From Auanema rhodensis (Eukaryota > Animalia > Nematoda): 64,000 nt of DNA. Positions 29,601-45,600 of the stretch are shown here, piece by piece (within the stretch, counting starts at the first letter, position 1; each line of letters opens with the position of its first letter). The notes beneath the pieces were generated by a model. That model was not told the origin of the DNA, did no database searches, and saw only the letters and a program-made list of their open reading frames with translations. Location of the stretch: the NCBI GenBank assembly GCA_964057225.1, contig OZ059896.1, forward strand, positions 2,046,001 through 2,110,000. The letters are read 5' to 3'. The position numbers and the translations under genes were made by a program.

Positions 29601-31563
29601 ATGTTGAGTGTACATGGAAACTCAACATACACTAATGCATCATTTTTCAAACGATCATAACTAATTTTTGTGATGAGCGTTTCTCCATGTAGTATAGTGC
29701 ATTCGATGCGGATTTTTAAGCTGCGTCGATCTGTGTTATCAGATTTGCGCTAGCTTAAAAATGCACCGAGATATCAACTGATATAAGTTCACACTTATAT
29801 CCTCGATTTTCACCCTGAAGAATTAATTTTTTTGTTGAATAACAATGTCCATCGTCTTTGTCTTGAAAAAAGGAATCTAAAAACATCTACTTTTTGTGAA
29901 ATTATTTTGAAATTTTTCGGGAAAATTTTTGTCAAAATGTTTTTGGAAGCAATGTTGAGTGTACATGGAAACTCAACATACACTAATGCATCATTTTTCA
30001 AACGATCATAACTAATTTTTGTATTGAGTGTTTCCCAATGTAGTATAGTGCATTCGATGCGGATTTTTAAGCTGCGTCGATCTGTGTTATCAGATTTGCG
30101 CTAGCTTGAAAATGCACCGAGATATCAACTGATATAGGTTCACACTTATATCCTCGATTTTCACCCTGAAGATTTAATTTTTTCGTTGAATAACATTGTC
30201 CATCGTCTTTGTCTTGAAAAAAGGAATCTAAAAACATCTACTTTTTGCGAAATTATTTTGAAATTTTTCGAAAAAGTTTTGTCAAAATGTTTTTGGAAGC
30301 AATGTTGAGTGTACATGGAAACTCAACATACACTAATGCATCATTTTTCAAACGATCATAACTAATTTTTGTATTGAGCGTTTCTCCATGTAGTATAGTG
30401 CATTCGATGCGGATTTTTAAGCTGCGTCGATCTATGTTATCAGATTTGCGCTAGCTTGAAAATGCACCGAGATATCAACTGATATAGGTTCACACTTATA
30501 TCCTCGATTTTCACCCTGAAGATTTAATTTTTTCGTTGAATAACATTGTCCATCGTCTTTGTCTTGAAAAAAGGAATCTAAAAACATCTACTTTTTGTGA
30601 AATTATTTTGAAATTTTTCGGGAAAATTTTTGTCAAAATGTTTTTGGAAGCATTGTTGAGTGTACATGAAAACTCAACATACACTAATGCATCATTTTTC
30701 AAACGATCATAACTAATTTTTGTGATGAGCGTTTCTCCATGTAGTATAGTGCATTCGATGCGGATTTTTAAGCTGCGTCGATCTGTGTTATCAGATTTGC
30801 GCTAGCTTAAAAATGCACCGAGATATCAACTGATATAGGTTCACACTTATATCCTCGATTTTCACCGTGAAGAATTAATTTTTTTGTTGAATAACAATGT
30901 CCATCGTCTTTGTCTTGAAAAAAGGAATCTAAAAACATCTACTTTTTGTGAAATTATTTTGAAATTTTTCGGGAAAATTTTTGTCAAAATGTTTTTGGAA
31001 GCATTGTTGAGTGTACATGAAAACTCAACATACACTAATGCATCATTTTTCAAACGATCATAACTAATTTTTGTGATGAGCGTTTCTCCATGTAGTATAG
31101 TGCATTCGATGCGGATTTTTAAGCTGCGTCGATCTGTGTTATCAGATTTGCGCTAGCTTAAAAATGCACCGAGATATCAACTGATATAAGTTCACACTTA
31201 TATCCTCGATTTTCACCCTGAAGAATTGATTTTTTTGTTGAATAACAATGTCCATCGTCTTTGTCTTGAAAAAAGGAATCTAAAAACATCTACTTTTTGT
31301 GAAATTATTTTGAAATTTTTCGGGAAAATTTTTGTCAAAATGTTTTTGGAAGCATTGTTGAGTGTACATGAAAACTCAACATACACTAATGCATCATTTT
31401 TCAAACGATCATAACTAATTTTTGTGATGAGCGTTTCTCCATGTAGTATAGTGCATTCGATGCGGATTTTTAAGCTGCGTCGATCTGTGTTATCAGATTT
31501 GCGCTAGCTTGAAAATGCACCGAGATATCAACTGATATAGGTTCACACTTATATCCTCGATTT

Positions 31564-33666
31564 TCACCCTGAAGATTTAATTTTTTCGTTGAATAACATT
31601 GTCCATCGTCTTTGTCTTGAAAAAAGGAATCTAAAAACATCTACTTTTTGCGAAATTATTTTGAAATTTTTCGAAAAAGTTTTGTCAAAATGTTTTTGGA
31701 AGCAATGTTGAGTGTACATGGAAACTCAACATACACTAATGCATCATTTTTCAAACGATCATAACTAATTTTTGTGATGAGCGTTTCTCCATGTAGTATA
31801 GTGCATTCGATGCGGATTTTTAAGCTGCGTCGATCTGTGTTATCAGATTTGCGCTAGCTTAAAAATGCACCGAGATATCAACTGATATAAGTTCACACTT
31901 ATATCCTCAATTTTCACCCTGAAGAATTAATTTTTTTGTTGAATAACAATGTCCATCGTCTTTGTCTTGAAAAAAGGAATCTAAAAACATCTACTTTTTG
32001 TGAAATTATTTTGAAATTTTTCGGGAAAATTTTTGTCAAAATGTTTTTGGAAGCAATGTTGAGTGTACATGGAAACTCAACATACACTAATGCATCATTT
32101 TTCAAACGATCATAACTAATTTTTGTATTGAGTGTTTCCCAATGTAGTATAGTGCATTCGATGCGGATTTTTAAGCTGCGTCGATCTGTGTTATCAGATT
32201 TGCGCTAGCTTGAAAATGCACCGAGATATCAACTGATATAGGTTCACACTTATATCCTCGATTTTCACCCTGAAGATTTAATTTTTTCGTTGAATAACAT
32301 TGTCCATCGTCTTTGTCTTGAAAAAAGGAATCTAAAAACATCTACTTTTTGCGAAATTATTTTGAAATTTTTCGAAAAAGTTTTGTCAAAATGTTTTTGG
32401 AAGCAATGTTGAGTGTACATGGAAACTCAACATACACTAATGCATCATTTTTCAAACGATCATAACTAATTTTTGTGATGAGCGTTTCTCCATGTAGTAT
32501 AGTGCATTCGATGCGGATTTTTAAGCTGCGTCGATCTGTGTTATCAGATTTGCGCTAGCTTAAAAATGCACCGAGATATCAACTGATATAAGTTCACACT
32601 TATATCCTCGATTTTCACCCTGAAGAATTAATTTTTTTGTTGAATAACAATGTCCATCGTCTTTGTCTTGAAAAAAGGAATCTAAAAACATCTACTTTTT
32701 GTGAAATTATTTTGAAATTTTTCGGGAAAATTTTTGTCAAAATGTTTTTGGAAGCAATGTTGAGTGTACATGGAAACTCAACATACACTAATGCATCATT
32801 TTTCAAACGATCATAACTAATTTTTGTATTGAGTGTTTCCCAATGTAGTATAGTGCATTCGATGCGGATTTTTAAGCTGCGTCGATCTGTGTTATCAGAT
32901 TTGCGCTAGCTTGAAAATGCACCGAGATATCAACTGATATAGGTTCACACTTATATCCTCGATTTTCACCCTGAAGATTTAATTTTTTCGTTGAATAACA
33001 TTGTCCATCGTCTTTGTCTTGAAAAAAGGAATCTAAAAACATCTACTTTTTGCGAAATTATTTTGAAATTTTTCGAAAAAGTTTTGTCAAAATGTTTTTG
33101 GAAGCAATGTTGAGTGTACATGGAAACTCAACATACACTAATGCATCATTTTTCAAACGATCATAACTAATTTTTGTGATGAGCGTTTCTCCATGTAGTA
33201 TAGTGCATTCGATGCGGATTTTTAAGCTGCGTCGATCTGTGTTATCAGATTTGCGCTAGCTTAAAAATGCACCGAGATATCAACTGATATAAGTTCACAC
33301 TTATATCCTCGATTTTCACCCTGAAGAATTAATTTTTTTGTTGAATAACAATGTCCATCGTCTTTGTCTTGAAAAAAGGAATCTAAAAACATCTACTTTT
33401 TGTGAAATTATTTTGAAATTTTTCGGGAAAATTTTTGTCAAAATGTTTTTGGAAGCAATGTTGAGTGTACATGGAAACTCAACATACACTAATGCATCAT
33501 TTTTCAAACGATCATAACTAATTTTTGTATTGAGTGTTTCCCAATGTAGTATAGTGCATTCGATGCGGATTTTTAAGCTGCGTCGATCTGTGTTATCAGA
33601 TTTGCGCTAGCTTGAAAATGCACCGAGATATCAACTGATATAGGTTCACACTTATATCCTCGATTT
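31564..33666. repeat. 701-bp dimer higher-order repeat (350+351), three copies
   Basis: A 350-bp variant (ttttgCgaaa; ttcgaaaaagttttgtc) alternates with a standard monomer at 31564, 32265 and 32966. The same variant occurs at about 29460, 30161 and 35773. Confidence 0.85.
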
Positions 33667-36600
33667 TCACCGTGAAGAATTAATTTTTTCGTTGAATAAC
33701 AATGTCCATCGTCTTTGTCTTGAAAAAAGGAATTTAAAAACATCTACTTTTTGTAAATTTATTCTGAAATTTTTCGGGAAAATGTTTGTCAAAATGTTTT
33801 TGGAAGCAATGTTGAGTGTACATGGAAACTCAACATACACTAATGCATCATTTTTCAAACAATCATAACTAATTTTTGTATTGAGCGTTTCTTAATGTAG
33901 TATAGTACATTCGATGCGGATTTTTAAGCTGCGTCGATCTGTGTTATCAGATTTGCGCTAGCTTAAAAATGCACCGAGATATCAACTGATATAAGTTCAC
34001 ACTTATATCCTCGATTTTCACCCTGAAGAATTAATTTTTTTGTTGAATAACAATGTCCATCGTCTTTGTCTTGAAAAAAGGAATCTAAAAACATCTACTT
34101 TTTGTGAAATTATTTTGAAATTTTTCGGGAAAATTTTTGTCAAAATGTTTTTGGAAGCAATGTTGAGTGTACATGGAAACTCAACATACACTAATGCATC
34201 ATTTTTCAAACGATCATAACTAATTTTTGTATTGAGTGTTTCCCAATGTAGTATAGTGCATTCGATGCGGATTTTTAAGCTGCGTCGATCTGTGTTATCA
34301 GATTTGCGCTAGCTTGAAAATGCACCGAGATATCAACTGATATAGGTTCACACTTATATCCTCGATTTTCACCGTGAAGAATTAATTTTTTCGTTGAATA
34401 ACAATGTCCATCGTCTTTGTCTTGAAAAAAGGAATCTAAAAACATCTACTTTTTGTAAATTTATTCTGAAATTTTTCGGGAAAATGTTTGTCAAAATGTT
34501 TTTGGAAGCAATGTTGAGTGTACATGGAAACTCAACATACACTAATGCATCATTTTTCAAACAATCATAACTAATTTTTGTATTGAGCGTTTCTTAATGT
34601 AGTATAGTACATTCGATGCGGATTTTTAAGCTGCGTCGATCTGTGTTATCAGATTTGCGCTAGCTTGAAAATGAACCGAGATATCAACTGATATAGGTTC
34701 ACACTTATATCCTCGATTTTCACCCTGAAGATTTAATTTTTTCGTTGAATAACATTGTCCATCGTCTTTGTCTTGAAAAAAGGAATCTAAAAACATCTAC
34801 TTTTTGTGAAATTATTTCGAAATTTTTCGGGAAAATTTTTGTCAAAATGTTTTTGGAAGCATTGTTGAGTGTACATGGAAACTCAACATACACTAATGCA
34901 TCATTTTTCAAACGATCATAACTAATTTTTGTATTGAGCGTTTCTCCATGTAGTATAGTGCATTCGATGCGGTTTTTTAAGCTGCGTCGATCTGTGTTAT
35001 CAGATTTGCGCTAGCTTGAAAATGCACCGAGATATCAACTGATATAAGTTCACACTTATATCCTCGATTTTCACCCTGAAGATTTAATTTTTTCGTTGAA
35101 TAACATTGTCCATCGTCTTTGTCTTGAAAAAAGGAATCTAAAAACATCTACTTTTTGTGAAATTATTTCGAAATTTTTCGGGAAAATTTTTGTCAAAATG
35201 TTTTTGGAAGCATTGTTGAGTGTACATGGAAACTCAACATACACTAATGCATCATTTTTCAAACGATCATAACTAATTTTTGTATTGAGCGTTTCTCCAT
35301 GTAGTATAGTGCATTCGATGCGGATTTTTAAGCTGCGTCGATCTGTGTTATCAGATTTGCGCTAGCTTGAAAATGCACCGAGATAACAACTGATATAAGT
35401 TCACACTTATATCCTCGATTTTCACCCTGAAGAATTAATTTTTTTGTTGAATAACAATGTCCATCGTCTTTGTTTTGAAAAAAGGAATCTAAAAACATCT
35501 ACTTTTTGTGAAATTATTTTGAAATTTTTCGGGAAAATTTTTGTCAAAATGTTTTTGGAAGCATTGTTGAGTGTACATGAAAACTCAACATACACTAATG
35601 CATCATTTTTCAAACGATCATAACTAATTTTTGTGATGAGCGTTTCTCCATGTAGTAAAGTGCATTCGATGCGGATTTTTAAGCTGCGTCGATCTGTGTT
35701 ATCAGATTTGCGCTAGCTTGAAAATGCACCGAGATATCAACTGATATAGGTTCACACTTATATCCTCGATTTTCACCCTGAAGATTTAATTTTTTCGTTG
35801 AATAACATTGTCCATCGTCTTTGTCTTGAAAAAAGGAATCTAAAAACATCTACTTTTTGCGAAATTATTTTGAAATTTTCCGAAAAAGTTTTGTCAAAAT
35901 GTTTTTGGAAGCAATGTTGAGTGTACATGGAAACTCAACATACACTAATGCATCATTTTTCAAACGATCATAACTAATTTTTGTGATGAGCGTTTCTCCA
36001 TGTAGTATAGTGCATTCGATGCGGATTTTTAAGCTGCGTCGATCTGTGTTATCAGATTTGCGCTAGCTTAAAAATGCACCGAGATATCAACTGATATAAG
36101 TTCACACTTATATCCTCGATTTTCACCCTGAAGAATTAATTTTTTTGTTGAATAACAATGTCCATCGTCTTTGTCTTAAAAAAAGGAATCTAAAAACATC
36201 TACTTTTTGTGAAATTATTTTGAAATTTTTCGGGAAAATTTTTGTCAAAATGTTTTTGGAAGCAATGTTGAGTGTACATGGAAACTCAACATACACTAAT
36301 GCATCATTTTTCAAACGATCATAACTAATTTTTGTATTGAGTGTTTCCCAATGTAGTATAGTGCATTCGATGCGGATTTTTAAGCTGCGTCGATCTGTGT
36401 TATCAGATTTGCGCTAGCTTGAAAATGCACCGAGATATCAACTGATATAGGTTCACACTTATATCCTCGATTTTCACCGTGAAGAATTAATTTTTTTGTT
36501 GAATAACAATGTCCATCGTCTTTGTCTTGAAAAAAGGAATCTAAAAACATCTACTTTTTGTGAAATTATTTTGAAATTTTTCGGGAAAATTTTTGTCAAA

Positions 36601-39600
36601 ATGTTTTTGGAAGCATTGTTGAGTGTACATGGAAACTCAACATACACTAATGCATCATTTTTCGAACGATCATAACTAATTTTTGTATTGAGTGTTTCCC
36701 AATGTAGTATAGTGCATTCGATGTGGATTTTTAAGCTGCGTCGATCTGTGTTATCAGATTTGCGCTAGCTTAAAAATGCACCGAGATATCAACTGATATA
36801 AGTTCACACTTATATCCTCGATTTTCACCCTGAAGAATTAATTTTTTTGTTGAATAACAATGTCCATCGTCTTTATCTTGAAAAAAGGAATCTAAAAACA
36901 TCTACTTTTTGTGAAATTATTTTGAAATTTTTCGGGAAAATTTTTGTCAAAATGTTTTTGGAAGCAATGTTGAGTGTACATGGAAACTCAACATACACTA
37001 ATGCATCATTTTTCAAACGATCATAACTAATTTTTGTATTGAGCGTTTCTCCATGTAGTATAGTGCATTCGATGCGGATTTTTAAGCTGCGTCGATCTGT
37101 GTTATCAGATTTGCGCTAGCTTAAAAATGCACCGAGATATCAACTGATATAAGTTCACACTTATATCCTCGATTTTCACCGTGAAGAATTAATTTTTTCG
37201 TTGAATAACAATGTCCATCGTCTTTGTCTTGAAAAAAGGAATCTAAAAACATCTACTTTTTGTGAAATTATTTTGAAATTTTTCGGGAAAATTTTTGTCA
37301 AAATGTTTTTGGAAGCATTGTTGAGTGTACATGGAAACTCAACATACACTAATGCATCATTTTTCGAACGATCATAACTAATTTTTGTATTGAGTGTTTC
37401 CCAATGTAGTATAGTGCATTCGATGTGGATTTTTAAGCTGCGTCGATCTGTGTTATCAGATTTGCGCTAGCTTAAAAATGCACCGAGATATCAACTGATA
37501 TAAGTTCACACTTATATCCTCGATTTTCACCCTGAAGAATTAATTTTTTTGTTGAATAACAATGTCCATCGTCTTTATCTTGAAAAAAGGAATCTAAAAA
37601 CATCTACTTTTTGTGAAATTATTTTGAAATTTTTCGGGAAAATTTTTGTCAAAATGTTTTTGGAAGCAATGTTGAGTGTACATGGAAACTCAACATACAC
37701 TAATGCATCATTTTTCAAACGATCATAACTAATTTTTGTATTGAGCGTTTCTCCATGTAGTATAGTGCATTCGATGCGGATTTTTAAGCTGCGTCGATCT
37801 GTGTTATCAGATTTGCGCTAGCTTGAAAATGCACCGAGATATCAACTGATATAGGTTCACACTTATATCCTCGATTTTCACCGTGAAGAATTAATTTTTT
37901 CGTTGAATAACAATGTCCATCGTCTTTGTCTTGAAAAAAGGAATCTAAAAACATCTACTTTTTGTAAATTTATTCTGAAATTTCTCGGGAAAATGTTTGT
38001 CAAAATGTTTTTGGAAGCAATGTTGAGTGTACATGGAAACTCAACATACACTAATGCATCATTTTTCAAACAATCATAACTAATTTTTGTATTGAGCGTT
38101 TCTTAATGTAGTATAGTACATTCGATGCGGATTTTTAAGCTGCGTCGATCTGTGTTATCAGATTTGCGCTAGCTTAAAAATGAACCGAGATATCAACTGA
38201 TATAGGTTCACACTTATATCCTCGATTTTCACCGTGAAGAATTAATTTTTTTGTTGAATGACAATGTCCATCGTCTTTGTCTTGAAAAAAGGAATCTAAA
38301 AACATCTACTTTTTGTAAATTTATTCTGAAATTTTTCGGGAAAATGTTTGTCAAAATGTTTTTGGAAGCAATGTTGAGTGTACATGGAAACTCAACATAC
38401 ACTAATGCATCATTTTTCAAACGATCATAACTAATTTTTGTATTGAGCGTTTCTCCATGTAGTATAGTGCATTTGATGCGGATTTTTAAGCTGCGTCGAT
38501 CTGTGTTATCAGATTTGCGCTAGCTTGAAAATGAACCGAGATATCAACTGATATAGGTTCACACTTATATCCTCGATTTTCACCGTGAAGAATTAATTTT
38601 TTTGTTGAATAACAATGTCCATCGTCTTTGTCTTGAAAAAAGGAATCTAAAAACATCTACTTTTTGTGAAATTATTTTGAAATTTTTCGTGAAAATTTTT
38701 GTCAAAATGTTTTTGGAAGCATTGTTGAGTGTACATGGAAACTCAACATACACTAATGCATCATTTTTCAAACGATCATAACTAATTTTTGTATTGAGTG
38801 TTTCCCAATGTAGTATAGTGCATTCGATGTGGATTTTTAAGCTGCGTCGATCTGTGTTATCAGATTTGCGCTAGCTTAAAAATGCACCGAGATATCAACT
38901 GATATAAGTTCACACTTATATCCTCGATTTTCACCCTGAAGAATTGATTTTTTTGTTGAATAACATAGTCCATCGTCTTTATCTTGAAAAAAGGAATCTA
39001 AAAACATCTACTTTTTGTGAAATTATCTTGAAATTTTTCGGGAAAATTTTTGTCAAAATGTTTTTGGAAGCAATGTTGAGTGTACATGGAAACTCAACAT
39101 ACACTAATGCATCATTTTTCAAACGATCATAACTAATTTTTGTATTGAGCGTTTCTCCATGTAGTATAGTGCATTCGATGCGGATTTTTAAGCTGCGTCG
39201 ATCTGTGTTATCAGATTTGCGCTAGCTTGAAAATGCACCGAGATATCAACTGATATAGGTTCACACTTATATCCTCGATTTTCACCGTGAAGAATTAATT
39301 TTTTCGTTGAATAACAATGTCCATCGTCTTTGTCTTGAAAAAAGGAATCTAAAAACATCTACTTTTTGTAAATTTATTCTGAAATTTTTCGGGAAAATGT
39401 TTGTCAAAATGTTTTTGGAAGCAATGTTGAGTGTACATGGAAACTCAACATACACTAATGCATCATTTTTCAAACAATCATAACTAATTTTTGTATTGAG
39501 CGTTTCTTAATGTAGTATAGTACATTCGATGCGGATTTTTAAGCTGCGTCGATCTGTGTTATCAGATTTGCGCTAGCTTAAAAATGAACCGAGATATCAA

Positions 39601-42600
39601 CTGATATAGGTTCACACTTATATCCTCGATTTTCACCGTGAAGAATTAATTTTTTTGTTGAATGACAATGTCCATCGTCTTTGTCTTGAAAAAAGGAATC
39701 TAAAAACATCTACTTTTTGTAAATTTATTCTGAAATTTTTCGGGAAAATGTTTGTCAAAATGTTTTTGGAAGCAATGTTGAGTGTACATGGAAACTCAAC
39801 ATACACTAATGCATCATTTTTCAAACGATCATAACTAATTTTTGTATTGAGCGTTTCTCCATGTAGTATAGTGCATTTGATGCGGATTTTTAAGCTGCGT
39901 CGATCTGTGTTATCAGATTTGCGCTAGCTTGAAAATGAACCGAGATATCAACTGATATAGGTTCACACTTATATCCTCGATTTTCACCGTGAAGAATTAA
40001 TTTTTTTGTTGAATAACAATGTCCATCGTCTTTGTCTTGAAAAAAGGAATCTAAAAACATCTACTTTTTGTGAAATTATTTTGAAATTTTTCGTGAAAAT
40101 TTTTGTCAAAATGTTTTTGGAAGCATTGTTGAGTGTACATGGAAACTCAACATACACTAATGCATCATTTTTCAAACGATCATAACTAATTTTTGTATTG
40201 AGCGTTTCTCCATATAGTATAGTGCATTCGATGCGGATTTTTAAGCTGCGTCGATCTGTGTTATCAGATTTGCGCTAGCTTGAAAATGCACCGAGATATC
40301 AACTGATATAGGTTCACACTTATATCCTCGATTTTCACCCTGAAGATTTAATTTTTTCGTTGAATAACATTGTCCATCGTCTTTGTCTTGAAAAAAGGAA
40401 TCTAAAAACATCTACTTTTTGTGAAATTATTTTGAAATTTTTCGGGAAAATTTTTGTCAAAATGTTTTTGGAAGCATTGTTGAGTGTACATGAAAACTCA
40501 ACATACACTAATGCATCATTTTTCAAACGATCATAACTAATTTTTGTATTGAGCGTTTCTCCATGTAGTATAGTACATTCGATGCGGATTTTTAAGCTGC
40601 GTCGATCTGTGTTATCAGATTTGCGCTAGCTTGAAAATGCACCGAGATATCAACTGATATAGGTTCACACTTATATCCTCGATTTTCACCGTGAAGAATT
40701 AATTTTTTTGTTGAATAACAATGTCCATCGTCTTTGTCTTGAAAAAAGGAATCTAAAAACATCTACTTTTTGTGAAATTATTTTGAAATTTTTCGGGAAA
40801 ATTTTTGTCAAAATGTTTTTGGAAGCAATGTTGAGTGTACATGGAAACTCAACATACACTAATGCATCATTTTTCAAACAATCATAACTAATTTTTGTAT
40901 TGAGCGTTTCTTAATGTAGTATAGTACATTCGATGCGGATTTTTAAGCTGCGTCGATCTGTGTTATCAGATTTGCGCTAGCTTAAAAATGAACCGAGATA
41001 TCAACTGATATAGGTTCACACTTATATCCTCGATTTTCACCCTGAAGATTTAATTTTTTTGTTGAATAACAATGTCCATCGTCTTTGTCTTGAAAAAAGG
41101 AATCTAAAAACATCTACTTTTTGTGAAATTATTTTGAAATTTTTCGTGAAAATTTTTGTCAAAATGTTTTTGGAAGCATTGTTGAGTGTACATGGAAACT
41201 CAACATACACTAATGCATCATTTTTCAAACGATCATAACTAATTTTTGTATTGAGTGTTTCCCAATGTAGTATAGTGCATTCGATGCGGATTTTTAAGCT
41301 GCGTCGATCTGTGTTATCAGATTTGCGCTAGCTTAAAAATGCACCGAGATATCAACTGATATAAGTTCACACTTATATCCTCGATTTTCACCGTGAAGAA
41401 TTAATTTTTTCGTTGAATAACAATGTCCATCGTCTTTGTCTTGAAAAAAGGAATCTAAAAACATCTACTTTTTGTAAATTTATTCTGAAATTTTTCGTGA
41501 AAATGTTTGTCAAAATGTTTTTGGAAGCCATGTTGAGTGTACATGGAAACTCAACATACACTAATGCATCATTTTTCAAACAATCATAACTAATTTTTGT
41601 ATTGAGCGTTTCTTAATGTAGTATAGTACATTCGATGCGGATTTTTAAGCTGCGTCGATCTGTGTTATCAGATTTGCGCTAGCTTAAAAATGAACCGAGA
41701 TATCAACTGATATAGGTTCACACTTATATCCTCGATTTTCACCCTGAAGATTTAATTTTTTTGTTGAATAACAATGTCCATCGTCTTTGTCTTGAAAAAA
41801 GGAATCTAAAAACATCTACTTTTTGTGAAATTATTTTGAAATTTTTCGTGAAAATTTTTGTCAAAATGTTTTTGGAAGCATTGTTGAGTGTACATGGAAA
41901 CTCAACATACACTAATGCATCATTTTTCAAACGATCATAACTAATTTTTGTATTGAGCGTTTCTCCATGTAGTATAGTGCATTCGATGCGGATTTTTAAG
42001 CTGCGTCGATCTGTGTTATCAGATTTGCGCTAGCTTGAAAATGCACCGAGATATCAACTGATATAGGTTCACACTTATATCCTCGATTTTCACCGTGAAG
42101 AATTAATTTTTTTGTTGAATAACAATGTCCATCGTCTTTGTCTTGAAAAAAGGAATCTAAAAACATCTACTTTTTGTGAAATTATTTTGAAATTTTTCGG
42201 GAAAATTTTTGTCAAAATGTTTTTGGAAGCATTGTTGAGTGTACATGGAAACTCCACATACACTAATGCATCATTTTTCAAACGATCATAACTAATTTTT
42301 GTATTGAGCGTTTCTCCATGTAGTATAGTGCATTCGATGCGGATTTTTAAGCTGCGTCGATCTGTGTTATCAGATTTGCGCTAGCTTAAAAATGCACCGA
42401 GATATCAACTGATATAAGTTCACACTTATATCCTCGATTTTCACCCTGAAGAATTAATTTTTTTGTTGAATAACAATGTCCATCGTCTTTGTCTTGAAAA
42501 AAGGAATCTAAAAACATCTACTTTTTGTGAAATTATTCTGAAATTTTTCGGGAAAATTTTTGTCAAAATGTTTTTGGAAGCAATGTTGAGTGTACATGGA

Positions 42601-45600
42601 AACTCAACATACACTAATGCATCATTTTTCAAACGATCATAACTAATTTTTGTATTGAGTGTTTCCCAATGTAGTATAGTGCATTCGATGCGGATTTTTA
42701 AGCTGCGTCGATCTGTGTTATCAGATTTGCGCTAGCTTGAAAATGCACCGAGATATCAACTGATATAGGTTCACACTTATATCCTCGATTTTCACCGTGA
42801 AGAATTAATTTTTTCGTTGAATAACAATGTCCATCGTCTTTGTCTTGAAAAAAGGAATCTAAAAACATCTACTTTTTGTAAATTTATTCTGAAATTTTTC
42901 GTGAAAATGTTTGTCAAAATGTTTTTGGAAGCAATGTTGAGTGTACATGGAAACTCAACATACACTAATGCATCATTTTTCAAACAATCATAACTAATTT
43001 TTGTATTGAGCGTTTCTTAATGTAGTATAGTACATTCGATGCGGATTTTTAAGCTGCGTCGATCTGTGTTATCAGATTTGCGCTAGCTTAAAAATGAACC
43101 GAGATATCAACTGATATAGGTTCACACTTATATCCTCGATTTTCACCCTGAAGATTTAATTTTTTCGTTGAATAACATTGTCCATCGTCTTTGTCTTGAA
43201 AAAAGGAATCTAAAAACATCTACTTTTTGTGAAATTATTTCGAAATTTTTCGGGAAAATTTTTGTCAAAATGTTTTTGGAAGCATTGTTGAGTGTACATG
43301 GAAACTCAACATACACTAATGCATCATTTTTCAAACGATCATAACTAATTTTTGTATTGAGCGTTTCTCCATGTAGTATAGTGCATTCGATGCGGATTTT
43401 TAAGCTGCGTCGATCTGTGTTATCAGATTTGCGCTAGCTTGAAAATGCACCGAGATATCAACTGATATAGGTTCACACTTATATCCTCGATTTTCACCGT
43501 GAAGAATTAATTTTTTTGTTGAATAACAATGTCCATCGTCTTTGTCTTGAAAAAAGGAATCTAAAAACATCTACTTTTTGTGAAATTATTTCGAAATTTT
43601 TCGGGAAAATTTTTGTCAAAATGTTTTTGGAAGCATTGTTGAGTGTACATGGAAACTCAACATACACTAATGCATCATTTTTCAAACGATCATAACTAAT
43701 TTTTGTATTGAGTGTTTCCCAATGTAGTATAGTGCATTCGATGTGGATTTTTAAGCTGCGTCGATCTGTGTTATCAGATTTGCGCTAGCTTAAAAATGCA
43801 CCGAGATATCAACTGATATAAGTTCACACTTATATCCTCGATTTTCACCCTGAAGAATTAATTTTTTTGTTGAATAACAATGTCCATCGTCTTTGTCTTG
43901 AAAAAAGGAATCTAAAAACATCTACTTTTTGTGAAATTATTTTGAAATTTTTCGGGAAAATTTTTGTCAAAATGTTTTTGGAAGCAATGTTGAGTGTACA
44001 TGGAAACTCAACATACACTAATGCATCATTTTTCAAACGATCATAACTAATTTTTGTATTGAGCGTTTCTCCATGTAGTATAGTGCATTCGATGCGGATT
44101 TTTAAGCTGCGTCGATCTGTGTTATCAGATTTGCGCTAGCTTGAAAATGCACCGAGATATCAACTGATATAGGTTCACACTTATATCCTCGATTTTCACC
44201 GTGAAGAATTAATTTTTTCGTTGAATAACAATGTCCATCGTCTTTGTCTTGAAAAAAGGAATCTAAAAACATCTACTTTTTGTAAATTTATTCTGAAATT
44301 TTTCGTGAAAATGTTTGTCAAAATGTTTTTGGAAGCAATGTTGAGTGTACATGGAAACTCAACATACACTAATGCATCATTTTTCAAACGATCATAACTA
44401 ATTTTTGTATTGAGCGTTTCTTAATGTAGTATAGTACATTCGATGCGGATTTTTAAGCTGCGTCGATCTGTGTTATCAGATTTGCGCTAGCTTAAAAATG
44501 AACCGAGATATCAACTGATATAGGTTCACACTTATATCCTCGATTTTCACCCTGAAGATTTAATTTTTTCGTTGAATAACATTGTCCATCGTCTTTGTCT
44601 TGAAAAAAGGAATCTAAAAACATCTACTTTTTGTGAAATTATTTTGAAATTTTTCGGGAAAATTTTTGTCAAAATGTTTTTGGAAGCAATGTTGAGTGTA
44701 CATGGAAACTCAACATACACTAATGCATCATTTTTCAAACGATCATAACTAATTTTTGTATTGAGCGTTTCTTAATGTAGTATAGTACATTCGATGCGGA
44801 TTTTTAAGCTGCGTCGATCTGTGTTATCAGATTTGCGCTAGCTTAAAAATGAACCGAGATATCAACTGATATAGGTTCACACTTATATCCTCGATTTTCA
44901 CCCTGAAGATTTAATTTTTTCGTTGAATAACATTGTCCATCGTCTTTGTCTTGAAAAAAGGAATCTAAAAACATCTACTTTTTGTGAAATTATTTCGAAA
45001 TTTTTCGGGAAAATTTTTGTCAAAATGTTTTTGGAAGCATTGTTGAGTGTACATGGAAACTCAACATACACTAATGCATCATTTTTCAAACGATCATAAC
45101 TAATTTTTGTATTGAGCGTTTCTCCATGTAGTATAGTGCATTCGATGCGGATTTTTAAGCTGCGTCGATCTGTGTTATCAGATTTGCGCTAGCTTGAAAA
45201 TGCACCGAGATATCAACTGATATAAGTTCACACTTATATCCTCGATTTTCACCCTGAAGATTTAATTTTTTCGTTGAATAACATTGTCCATCGTCTTTGT
45301 CTTGAAAAAAGGAATCTAAAAACATCTACTTTTTGTGAAATTATTTCGAAATTTTTCGGGAAAATTTTTGTCAAAATGTTTTTGGAAGCATTGTTGAGTG
45401 TACATGGAAACTCAACATACACTAATGCATCATTTTTCAAACGATCATAACTAATTTTTGTATTGAGCGTTTCTCCATGTAGTATAGTGCATTCGATGCG
45501 GATTTTTAAGCTGCGTCGATCTGTGTTATCAGATTTGCGCTAGCTTGAAAATGCACCGAGATATCAACTGATATAGGTTCACACTTATATCCTCGATTTT

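Noticed and set aside
14038-39132. Sporadic + strand ORFs of 60-90 aa (MLNNNVHRL..., MIFLLNN...)
   Set aside because: They appear only where a point mutation removes a stop or creates a start in individual satellite monomers.
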